Source of the DNA: Stegostoma tigrinum
Taxonomy: Eukaryota
Reading direction: 5' to 3'
Length of the DNA: 64,000 bases
Assembly (NCBI RefSeq): GCF_030684315.1
Contig: NC_081396.1
Location: 2,542,001 to 2,606,000 of the forward strand
The notes beneath the pieces are model-generated. The model was given only the letters and a program-made list of their open reading frames with translations, had not been told where the DNA came from and searched no databases. The position numbers were made by a program, and so were the translations under genes. Shown in pieces: positions 47,938 through 59,485 of the stretch. Position 1 is the stretch's first letter. Every line of letters starts with the position of its first letter.

Positions 47938-50826
47938 TATGGCAGGGGGGTGGGAACCTGAGCTGTATACCAGAGGTGAGCGTTGATGCAGGTGAGGCAG
48001 TAGCAAGAGGTAGACCAGCTAGTGGGAAGGATTTTCCTGGGAAGGAACCAAGGGATCGGTTAAAGTGTGTTTGCTTTAATGCAAGGAGTATCAGGAATAA
48101 AAGTGATGAACTTAGAGCATGGATCAGTACCTGGTGCTATGATGTTGTGGCCATAACAGAGACATGGGTTTCTCAGGGGCAGGAATGGTTGCTGGATGTT
48201 CCAGGGTTTAGAACATTTAAAAAGAATAGGGAGGGGGGAAAAAGAGGAGGGGGTGTAGCACTACTAATCAGAGAGGGTATCACAGCTACAGAAGCTTCCT
48301 TTGTCGAGGAAGATCTGCCTACTGAGTCAGTATGGGTGGAAATTAGGAACAGCAAGGGAGTAGTCACCTCGTTAGGGGTTTACTACAGGCCCCCCAATAG
48401 CAGCAGGGAGATTGAAGAAAGCATAGGTCGACAGATTTTGGAAAAGTGTGCACGCAGTAGGGTTGTTGTAATGGGTGACTTTAACTTTCCTAATATTGAT
48501 TGGAACCTCCTTCGAGCAGAAGATTTGAATGGAGCTGTTTTTGTAAGGTGTGTTCAGGAGGGTTTCCTAACGCAGTACGTTGACAGGCCAACGAGGGGAG
48601 AGGCCATTCTAGACTTGGTGCTCGGAAACGAGCCGGGGCAGGTATCAGATCTTGTGGTGGGAGAGCATTTTGGTGATAGTGACCATAACTGCCTCACATT
48701 CTACATAGCTATGGAGAAGGAGAGGATTAGGCAGAATGGGAGGATATTTAATTGGGGAAGAGGAAACTATGATGCGATTAGACATGAGTTAGGAAGCATG
48801 GACTGGGAGCAGTTGTTCCATGGTAAGGGAACTATAGACATGTGGAGACGGTTTAAGGAACAGTTGTTGGGAGTGATGAGTAAATATGTCCCTCCTGAGA
48901 CAGGCAAGAAGGGGTAAGATTAAGGAACCTTGGATGACGAGAGCGGTGGAGCTTCTAGTGAAAAGGAAGAAGGTAGCTTACATAAGGTGGAGGAAGCTAG
49001 GGTCAAGTTCAGCTCGAGAGGATTACATGCAGGCAAGGAAGGAGCTCAAAAATGGTCTGAGGAGAGCCAGGAGGGGGCACGAGAAAGGCTTGGCAGAAGG
49101 AATCCGGGAAAACACACAGGCATTTTACACTTACGTGAGGAATAAGAGAATGGTCAAAGAAAGAGTAGGGCCGATCAGGGATAGCATAGGGAACTTGTGT
49201 GTGGAGCCCGAGGAGGTAGGGGAAGCCCTAAATGAGTTTTTTGCTTCTGTCTTTACGAAAGAAACCAACTTTGTAGTGAATGAAACCTTTGAAGAGCAGG
49301 TGTGCATGCTGGAATGGATAGAGATAGACGAAGCTGATGTGCTGAAAATTTTGTCAAACATTAAGATTGACAAGTCGCCAGGCCCAGATCAGATTTGTCC
49401 TCGGCTGCTTTGGGAAGCGAGAAATGCAATTGCTTCGCCACTTGCGAAGATCTTTGCATCCTCGCTCTCCACTGGAGTCGTACCTGAGGACTGGAGAGAG
49501 GCAAATGTAATTCCTCTCTTCAAGAAAGGAAATAGGGAAATCCCCGGCAATTATAGACCGGTAAGTCTCACGTCTGTCGTCTGCAAGGTGTTAGAAAGGA
49601 TTCTGAGGGATAAGATTTATGACCATCTGGAAGAGCATGGCTTGATCAAATACAGTCAACACGGCTTTGTGAGGGGTAGGTCATGCCTTACAAACCTTAT
49701 CGAGTTTTTTGAGGATGTGACTAGAAAGGTTGATGAGGGTCGAGCTGTGGATGTGGTGTATATGGACTTCAGTAAGGCATTTGATAAGGTTCCCCATGGT
49801 AGGCTCATTCAGAAGGTCAGGAGGAATGGGATACAGGGGAACTTAGCTGCTTGGATACAGAATTGGCTGGCCAACAGAAGACAGCGAGTGGTAGTAGAAG
49901 GAAAATATTCTGCCTGGAAGTCAGTGGTGAGTGGAGTTCCACAGGGCTCTGTCCTTGGGCCTCTACTGTTTGTAATTTTTATTAATGACTTGGACGAGGG
50001 AATTGAAGGATGGGTCAGCAAGTTTGCAGACGACACAAAGGTCGGAGGTGTCGTTGACAGTGTAGAGGGCTGTTGTAGGCTGCAGCAGGACATTGACAGG
50101 ATGCAGAGATGGGCTGAGAGGTGGCAGATGGAGTTCAACCTGGATAAATGCGAGGTGATGCATTTTGGAAGGTCGAATTTGAAAGCTGAGTACAGGATTA
50201 AGGATAGGATACTTGGCAGCGTGGAGGAACAGAGGGATCTTGGTGTGCAGATACATAGATCCCTTAAAATGGCCACCCAAGTGGACAGGGTTGTTAAGAA
50301 AGCATATGGTGTTTTGGCTTTCATTAACAGGGGGATTGAGTTTAAGAGTCGTGAGATCTTGTTGCAGCTCTATAAAACTTTGGTTAGACCGCACTTGGAA
50401 TACTGCGTCCAGTTCTGGGCGCCCTATTATAGGAAAGATGTGGATGCTTTGGAGAGGGTTCAGAGGAGGTTTACCAGGATGCTGCCTGGACTGGAGGGCT
50501 TATCTTATGAAGAGAGGTTGACTGAGCTCGGTCTCTTTTCATTGGAGAAAAGGAGGAGGAGAGGGGACCTAATTGAGGTATACAAGATAATGAGAGGCAT
50601 GGATAGAGTTGATAGCCAGAGACTATTTCCCAGGGCAGAAACGGCTAGCACGAGGGGTCATAGTTTTAAGCTGGTTGGTGGAAAGTATCGAGGGGATGTC
50701 AGAGGCAGGTTCTTTACGCAGAGAGTTGTGAGAGCATGGAATGCGTTGCCAGCAGCAGTTGTGGAAGCAAGGTCATTGGGGTCATTTAAGAGACTGCTGG
50801 ACATGTATATGGTCACAGAAATTTGA
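47928..50826 (+). pseudogene. CR1 ORF2 (APE endonuclease plus RT), one frameshift
   Basis: NARSI, ITETW, YRPP, MGDFN and SDH motifs; RT motifs YRPVSLTS, DFSKAFD, GVPQGSVLGP, FADD. Confidence 0.92.
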
Positions 50827-52029
50827 GGGTGCATACATGAGGATCAATGGTCGGCACAACATTGTGGGCTGAAGGGCCTGTTCTGTGCTGTCCTGTTCTA
50901 TGTTCTATGTCAGTCTGGTACGCACATACATTCTAGTGGACGTCTGGAAAGTTTCAGTGAGACAAATAAAATTCAACCTTTCCTTGGAAATATTTTCAGT
51001 GTTTGCCAATGACTTTTCTCCAGGAACCTCATTTGATAGCCTGATCCCAAGCTGTATGTCAGAACCTAAGCAAAAATGTTTATGAGAGACCTCTATTTTA
51101 ACCATGTGTGTTCACTTTCCATTGCTATTCACCTCAAACTCATTGTGGGAGCAGTTCCACAGTCTCACCATTTGCTGGGCAAAAAAGTTTTCCTATGAAT
51201 TACTATTAGGTTATTGAACCCACTTCAACACCTTAAAGACTTCCATCAGGTCATCCGTCAGTTTTCACCTTTCTATAACACCCTCACCCTGCCGCTTCTC
51301 AAGGTGAAATGTTTAGTTTTATCCTTGTTAATCAGTGTGACCCCTTCTCTAATGCATCTATTTCTATTCTCTAAACGAGGATGTAATGGAGACCGAGTAT
51401 ATAATCCCAGTTAAATCTAATTATGGTTCTGAACTAATTGACCAGAACTTCTCTGCTTTTCAGCTATATCCTTATGAAAATGAACTCCATAGTTGGGCCC
51501 CACTCTTGAAGAATGTTGTAAGGTTCTCAGAGAGGGCAGTTAAGATTCAACCACATTGGTATGGGTCTGGAGTCCGATGTGGGCAACATCAAGTGTCGAT
51601 AGCAGAATGACTCAGTGCTGGTCAGGACCCTCGATAGCATAGACCAAGGTTTCCTGCTCCTTGGATGCTGGCTGATCTGCTGTGCTTTTCCAGCTCCACA
51701 TTTATTGACTCTGGCTTCCCAGCACCCGCAGTCCTTACTGTCTCCTGGTGGTTCGTGTCCCCGCCGAATGAGCGGGAGTCGGGTGTAATTCTGTGGAAGG
51801 GTCACCGGTCACGTTAAGTCTGTTTTCCTTTCCTTCACAGATGCTGCCAGACCTGAGCTTTTTCAGTAACTTTGTTTTTGTTCTTAATTGCCCAAGGGGA
51901 GGGTGCAGTGGTAATGTCGCTGACCTTGGACGGGGAAGCCCAGATACTAGTCCTGCCTGCGCCACAGGTTTGGCATCTATGACCAGGCTCAATAGAAACA
52001 ACGGGTGAAATGGACACAAGTCAGGTTCC

Positions 52030-52460
52030 TGGGGGCGGTCCACACTATCGTACCGCCCTTCATTGTCTCCGATTGGTTGGAGGACCACGCGTTCCAGCTC
52101 GGACCTCCAGCCACGTCTACTTCCTTGTTGCCCGGAACTGACGTCTAACAGCCCAGGACGCCTTGTCACCCCGAGCGGGTCGGAGTTATTGCTGCTGAGT
52201 GTGCGAAAGGAATGGAACCGGCGCCTGGGCGGGAAGGTCACCAGGCCCGAGTGACAAGATTCCTCTCCTGCCTCCGGGGGACGAGACTGTGAGACATGGT
52301 AGGAATGTAAACCGTGGGAGGAGCGGGCCCGGGGAATTTATAACCTCTTTGTCGGGGTGGGGGCAAGGCCTGAGGCCGCGGAGTCACTGGCCGCCATGTT
52401 GGTGAGGCGCCATCTTGGTAAGGGAAAGGCGTATCTCACTGAAGCCTGGATGGGAGGGTG
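52030..52460 (+). promoter_or_regulatory. CpG-rich promoter and first exon
   Basis: GC boxes; GATTGG; CCGGAA; YY1-like GCCGCCATGTT and GCGCCATCTT; candidate donor ggtaag at ~52417. Confidence 0.6.
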
Positions 52461-52809
52461 GGGAGAACCAACGAGGGGCTGTGTTCAGGAGGGAACCCAA
52501 GGAGGTGGGAGGGGTGCATTCACGAAAACCCACAGGCAACACCAAACCCCGAATCAAACTCGTTGCTTTGACTCGTAGTCTACAGACAGGAACCGGTGAA
52601 CTGAATCCAGAGGGAGTAAGAAAGTTTGGTATCGAGGAAGAACTTGGGGAGACAGGTTTGGGTTTCAGTCCAAAGAGGAAGGGAGGGAGGGACTGTGGAA
52701 TGGGATTTACGGATTTGGGGAACAGGAGAGAAAAGTAATATTCCTTAGAATCTGGAACAGACTTCAGAATTTCTGCCCAGAATCGACTGTGATGATGTTT
52801 GCAAACTCC

Positions 52810-54004
52810 TTTTGCAGAATATTTGAAAAGGTGGCTTTGGAAATATTAAACACAAAGCAAATTTCTTGTCAAGATCTAGTTGTCTCATGATCAACCAATC
52901 AATCAATCATGAACTGTGTACATTTGGCTTCTGCATGTGGAAGGAGAAATGTTTGTTCTGGCTGTGGCAAATGATTTCAAACATTGGTGTGAGTGACAAG
53001 ATCCCAGAAATATACACGCACACACTCACACCTGAGTGATTGTGTTCCAGTGAGCAGACTGGAAAGAGCATCACACAGTCACACGTTCTGAGTGCATTCC
53101 AGTAAATTTCCTGTGGAAAGAATTTGCAACAGTCAATCAGATTGGGGAAAGTAAAAATTACACCATTTGCAGCGGGGAAATACTGTGCTCAATCTGTGTG
53201 CAGTCAAGGCTTCAACTGCTTGCCATCTTTGTATCTCTCAGGATGGGCATTGCCATGGACAGACTGTGTAAATGTGAGGACTGTGGTGAAGGATTCAGTT
53301 GTCCATCACAGCTTGAAATCCATCACCGATTTCACATTGGGGGAGAAGCCATTCACCTGCTCTGTGTGTGGGAAAGGATTTACTCAGACAACCAAATTCC
53401 ATTCACACCAATGAATTCATACAAGGAGAGACTATTCACCTAGTGAGAATGTGGGAAGAGATTTACACAAACTACCTGCCTCATATTACACCAGCAGATT
53501 GTCCATGAGAATGGGCTGTTCAGCTACACTTATTATGCAAAGAGGTTAATGTTTTCATTTAACCTGAATATACACCTGCGAGTTCATATTGGGGAGAAAC
53601 CATTCACCAGCTCTGTGTGTGGGCAGGGGTTCACTCAGTCATCCAATTTGCTGAGACACCAGTGAGTTCACACTGGGGAGAAGTGTTTCAGCTGTACTTC
53701 CTGTAGGAAAGGTTTCCAGCAGCCATCCACCCCCATTGCACCTCAGTAAATTCACACATTGGACAAACCTTTCACTTGATTTGTGTGTGGAAAGGGATTC
53801 ACTATCAACTGCACTCGAGTCTTACCTACCACGGAGGAGAAGCCATTCAGGTGTACTTCCTGTGGGAAGAGTTTTGAGTGTTCATCCTCTCTCCTTGCTC
53901 ACCAATGAGTTCACACCAGAGAGGGTCCATTCATTTGCTCCATGTATGGGAAGGAATTCACTCACTCATTCAACCTAGTGATGCTTAAGTGAGTTCATAA
54001 GTGA
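52810..54004 (+). pseudogene. C2H2 zinc-finger pseudogene
   Basis: CKCEDCGEGFSCPSQLEIHHRFH and [16 protein letters not shown] with stops and frameshifts; ends cataagtga like the intact genes. Confidence 0.85.
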
Positions 54005-55372
54005 ACCTCAAAAACCAGTATACTGAAGCAGTTTAAGGGGAGAACTCACCACTGTCTTGTCCAGGCTGGATATCGTTGGCTCAGCCAGCGATTTCAGTGT
54101 CCTCTGAAAGAAGAAGATTCTGCTGTTATTGATCATTTCCAAGATTGACAATCTAACAATATTACATTTGTTTCTCCTGATGTTAACACTCTTATAACTG
54201 GCTGGAGTTTGGCACTGTGGAATTGTGGCTGATTTTGGGACTGCAGCGTCCCTTTTTAAAAGCACCAATTTCGATCTTGAATTCAAAAATAGTATTCGAA
54301 GGGAGAAGCACATGCCCTGTAGAAGGGAAACACAAAAGTCATCAATTTACAAAAGAAACTTGACAAAGGAGATTGTCAAAAAAGTTTTGTCCAACAAATC
54401 TCCAGGCTCAACTGCTCCTTTCATGCCATGTATTGCACAGATTGACAGCATCATATCTGATATGATCAGGATGAAGAATGAAGTGAAATTGGCAGTGTTG
54501 GAACCCCCACTTAGTTTGGCATATTCTTCTCCATTTGCTTGGCCTTGGCATTCCCTGATGATACAAAGGAGTTTCACCATAAGCCAAGTCAAGCAATGAG
54601 ATCTGTAATCAATCTAGAAAGCAAAGACCAAAATAAAACCCATCTTTTGATGAGAGAATTTCCCTGCCCTGTACTGATGTTGCATTTGTCGCTGGCACAG
54701 ACTGGTCTGCAGAGGCTCATGGCCTGCATGCCCTCGGTTGTTTGTTTACTCTCCTTGACTATAAAGTGTGCTTTATATATATATATAATGTAATTTATGT
54801 TTTAAAGTTTGGATTTTGAACGAACGACACATGCTTTGGTCTGTTAATATTTGGGGTTTAATAAGCAACGCAGCATAGCTGGTGTCATAATTTTGAACCT
54901 GTGTCCCAGAGTCCTGGTGACTGGGATCTTCTTGGAGTAATAATATGAGCTTATTTGTTTTTTTTTTATGATGGGAGAGAACCAACGAGCTTGCTTTTGG
55001 TTTTAGAAGAGTTTTTTTTTTAAGATCAGGGTGGAAATCCCTATCATTTGGAAAGCTTTGGGTTGTAGCAGTTCACACAACAGCTGGCTGAGGTCAGATG
55101 TCAGAACAGTTTCTCCAAATTGAAGGAGTTAATTCAAAACATTTGGAAAGTAGAATCATTTAGGGTTAGGATTTCAGTTGGAAAACTTCTGCCAAGATGT
55201 GCTTGAAAGTGTCAAGACCAGGTATTGAAAGAAACAGTTAAATCAAATCAATGTGAGATTTAAAATGGAACACTCTCTGGTATTTGAATATTGTAAAGTA
55301 TTGGTGTTGGAAAGGGATCGGATTGTGTTTTGCTATGTATTTTGAAATGCTTAAAATTTGTTAGATGCAAGT

Positions 55373-55730
55373 AGAGTCAGAGAATCCCTACAATGTGGAA
55401 GCAGGCTGTTTGGCCATTCGTGTCCACATGATCCTCCAAAGAGCGTCCCACACAGATCCACCTCTCGACCCTATAACTCTGCCATTCTCCTGATTTATCC
55501 ACTTAACTCATACATCCCTGGACATTATTGGGTATATAGCATGGTAAATCCACCTAACCAGCACATCTTGGACTGTGGGAGGACACTGGAGCACCCAAAC
55601 GAAACCCACTCAGATACCAGGAGAATATACAAACTCCACACAGGCAGTCACCGAAGGGTGAGGGTGTAATTGAACCTTTGTCATGGCACTGTGGGGCTGT
55701 AGTGCTAAGTGCTGGGCTGCCATGCCGTGG
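55373..55730 (-). mobile_element. V-SINE (HE1-like), diverged
   Basis: Reverse complement is colinear with 9343-9662. Confidence 0.75.
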
Positions 55731-56879
55731 AATTAGGCTGGTCTGTTTTGTTTAATCTTCATTTATTTTATGAAATGAACTTCTAGTTCATTATTTAGAC
55801 AAAATTTGAAGTATTGTATCCCTATTTATAACTAGTAAGCCATCACATTCAAGAAATAACAGTGAGTCATAACTGGGGACTTTGCAGATTTTAAATACAC
55901 ACAATTTTAAAGGAATCTGTGTTTCACTTTTTTTGAAAGCATGAGATACTTAGGGTCTGACAGACATCGATTGTGTTGTGAAATTTGTTGCATTGCATTG
56001 AAGATGACTTTGAATATTGACCAGAGTTTTGGAAGATAACACCTTTTGAAGTATTTAACTAGGGATAAACTGAGAGAGTTAGCTAATAAATTGAAGGTAG
56101 AAAATCAGAGCAAGGTCTTACAAGCAAGAATGCTTCAAGTGATTATTCAATAATTAGTATTGGAAGAAAGGGAACTTTAAATTGAGATGTCATTCCTAAA
56201 AGTAGCCAAGATAGAGGTGAAATTGAAAAGGGAGAAATTAAGTTAAAAGGAAAACAAGGAGGTGGATAATGAGGAGCGGAAGCAATACAGACAGATGGAA
56301 AAGGAGATGAAATAAGAAAAAAAAACTCCAGTCAGGGAAATGAGACAACATGAAGTGGCCTTAGAAAATGGTCATTTAACTGGGCAAAATTAAACTGAGG
56401 TTTTTGATCCAATGTAGGGTTTTGTTTAATAAGAATCTATACTAATTGTCTAAACTTACTGAGGATGCAGTTGTATTTTACCTCATGAGAGCAGGTAGCT
56501 GGATAGAGGAATAAATGCAAAATAGTTAACTCTTATTTCTGAGTCATGTGCAAACTTGGAAACACAACATACACTTGCATTATCCAAGTCTATTTTTAAA
56601 TGATTTGTAGTGTGAAAACTGATCCGTGACATCTCATAGTGCAGATTGCCACTGAAAAAGGATACTGCTACCCCAACTCTGTCTTCTAATACTTAGTTAG
56701 TCCTCTGTCCATGTTAATACAGTGTCACAAAATGCTTGTTATACAGTAGCCTTGTGTGTAGAAACTTATTCAGTGTCGTCCAGCAAGACCACTAGGGTGG
56801 CAAGTGTGAAGAATGTACTCTGAGTGGGGTCTTCAATGTTCACCACCTATGGTATCTCAGCAGCACCACCATGGAGTAA

Positions 56880-57240
56880 AGGCAGACCTAGCCATTGGGA
56901 TACAAAATTGGCTTTTAGGTGACAGAGTGTGGTGCTGGAGGGTTGCCTTTTGGACAGGAGGCCTGTGACCAATGGTGTGTCACAAGTATCAATGCAATCC
57001 ACTACTTTCTGTGAATTGTAAGATTGATTTGGATGTGAATATAGGAGGTATGGTTACTAAATTTGCAGATGATGACAAAATTGGTGGTGTAGTTGTCAGC
57101 GAAGAAGTTTATCTCAGAATGAAACCTTGATCAGCTGAGCACATAGGCTGAGGAGTGGCTGAGAGAGTTTAATTTAGATAAGTGTGGTGCTGCAGTTTGT
57201 TAGGGCTAATCAGGGCAGGACTTAGACACTTAATAGTGTC
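56880..57240 (+). mobile_element. CR1 RT fragment
   Basis: aaatttgcagatgatgacaaaattggtggtgtagt; colinear with 49850-50200. Confidence 0.75.
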
Positions 57241-57806
57241 TGAGAGATATACAGCATGGAAACAGATCCTTCAGTCCAACTCATCCATGTTGACTAGATA
57301 TCCTTTGTAAATCTAGGCCCATGTCCCTTTTCACCCTTCCTATTCATGTACCCATCCAGATGCCTTTTTAATGTCCTGTCAAAATTCTGGACAAGTTGCA
57401 GAGTATGCAATCCCTTGATTACTTCCGTATGTCTCCCTCTTTTCTCTGTCACTCTGCTCCATGTAGGTCCCATAGTCCTGTGTAAGCCCAGACCAGGATG
57501 CAGTTCCCTTCCTTGTTTGATATTAGTTTTAGCCCCAGTTGAATTTCTGTGGCAATCCAGCAGCTTTCCTTGTCGCTTTTCCCAAGAGCTGGCCCAGCAA
57601 GTTACCAGATTCACTCGGTACAATTTTACAACCTGCCTTTATGTTTTTGTGGCTTCTTGCTCATTCCTTTCTTCTGTTTTTAAAATTAATTTCACAGGGT
57701 AAGCAAAGAGGATGGTATGCAGTCATGAAACTGAAATCAAAAATCACGTCATGATCTGATGGAGTCACTCAATTTATCACAACCAGTTACCAACAACTTT
57801 TAACCA

Positions 57807-59485
57807 TGGAAGGAGAAAGCACATTTTGCAGTGGGGAGAACAGATACACATGTTCTGTGTGTAGAAAAGGTTTCAGCCAATTAGCTAGCCTCAAGAAGCA
57901 CAAATGCAGTAACACTGGGGAGAAATTATTGAAATCTGGCAACTGTGAGAAAGGATTTAGTCATTACTCTGGGCTGAAAATTCACAAAGGTATTCACACT
58001 GGGGAGAGGCTGTTCACCTGCTCCCTGTGTGGAAAAGGATTCACTCAGCTATCCACACTACGCACACATGAGCAACTTCATACCGAGGAGAGACCTTTTA
58101 AATGTCCCCACTGTGGGAAGTGCTTTAAAAGTTCCAGTAACTTGATGTCCCATCAGCGTGTTCACACTGAAGAGAGACGGTTCAGATGCTCTGACTGTGG
58201 GGCTGGCTTCAAGTGGTCATCTCAACTGACAGTGCACCAACGCATTCACACTGGGGAGAAGCCATTCTCCTGCTCCGAATGTGGAACTCGATTCACTCAA
58301 TCGTCCCACCTCAAGGCACACCAGCAGGTTCACACTGAGAAGAGACCTTTTAAATGTACAGAATGTGGGAATTCCTTTAAAAGTTCCAGTGAGCTGATGT
58401 CACATCAACGCGTTCACACTGAGGAAAGGTGGTTCAGATGTTCTGATTGTGGGGCTGGCTTCAAGTGGTCATCCCAACTCACTGTGCACCAACGCATTCA
58501 TACTGGGGAGAAACCATTCACCTGCTCTGAATGTGGGATTGGATTTACTCGGTCACATGACCTCAAGGCACACCAGCAGACTCACACTGAGGAGAGACCT
58601 TTCAAATGCCCAAACTGCAGGAAGTGCTTTAAAAGTTCCAGCCGACTGCAGTCCCATCAACGTGTGCACACCGAGGAGAGACCTTTTAAATGTTCAGATT
58701 GTGGGAAGTGCTTTAAAAGTTCCACACAACTGATGCTCCATCAACGTATTCACACTGATGAGAGACCATTCAGGTGCTCTTATTGTGGGACTGGGTTTAG
58801 GCGATCATCTCAACTCACTAGACACCGGCGTCTCCACACTGGGGAGAGGCCATTTATCTGCTCTGAATGTGGGCAGGGATGCATTGACCCTTCCCACCTC
58901 AAGGCACACCAGAGAGTTCACACTGAGGAGAGACCATTTAAATGTCCAGAGTGTGGGAAGTGTTATAAAAGTTCTGGGGAGCTGAAGTCACACCGACGTG
59001 TTCACACTGATAATAGACCATATAGCTGTGCTCTCTGTGGGTCCAGGTTCATATGGTCATCACAACTCCGTGCACACCAACGCACTCACACCGGAGAGAG
59101 ACCTTTCACCTGCTCCCAGTGTGGGAAGGGATTCACTCGGAAAATTCACCTCAAGACACACCAGCGTGTTCACACAGGGGAGAGACCTTTTAAATGCCCA
59201 GACTGTGGGAAGTGCTTTAAAAGTTCTTGGGACCTGATACGCCATCAACGTGTTCACTCTGATCAGAGGCCTTTTGAATGCCAAAACTGTGGGAAGTGCT
59301 TTAAACGTTCTGGGGACCTGTTTCGCCATCAGCGGGTTCACTCTGAGCGATCTTTTAAATGCCCAGCCTGTGGTAAGCGCTTGAAGAGCTCTGTGGAACT
59401 GATGTACCATCAACATATTCACACCGATGAGAGACTGTCGGGTGCTCTCAGTGTGGGACGGGATTTAGGTGATCATCTCAACTGA
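57807..59485 (+). CDS. C2H2 zinc-finger protein, 17 intact fingers preceded by two degenerate fingers; C-terminus formed by a frameshift into decayed fingers
   Basis: accATGG start, MEGES (ORF track 57806-59485; start position may be off by one); acceptor tttcacag at ~57697; out-of-frame finger remnants continue to ~59585. Confidence 0.88.

Larger units (their letters stand above)
47245..50910 (+). mobile_element. Young CR1 LINE, 5'-truncated within ORF1
   Basis: ORF1 esterase domain; APE plus RT ORF2 with a single frameshift near 48890; (gttctat)n tail. Confidence 0.95.

Noticed and set aside
47370-50521. Antisense and alternative-frame ORFs in the CR1
   Set aside because: Shadow ORFs of the LINE coding sequence.
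51895-52010. tRNA-like sequence
   Set aside because: No cloverleaf or intact B box; more likely a decayed SINE head.
54010-54760. Possible integrase-like or other coding remnant
   Set aside because: Only vague motif resemblance in conflicting frames; needs a translated search.
54790-56500. Possible solo LTR and Gypsy gag remnant (similar hints at 44350-45560 and 59830-61720)
   Set aside because: Too degraded; no paired LTRs, PBS or convincing motif could be confirmed by eye.
57900-59430. 84-nt periodic repeats resembling a CRISPR-like array
   Set aside because: Periodicity is the 28-codon C2H2 finger unit in eukaryotic DNA.
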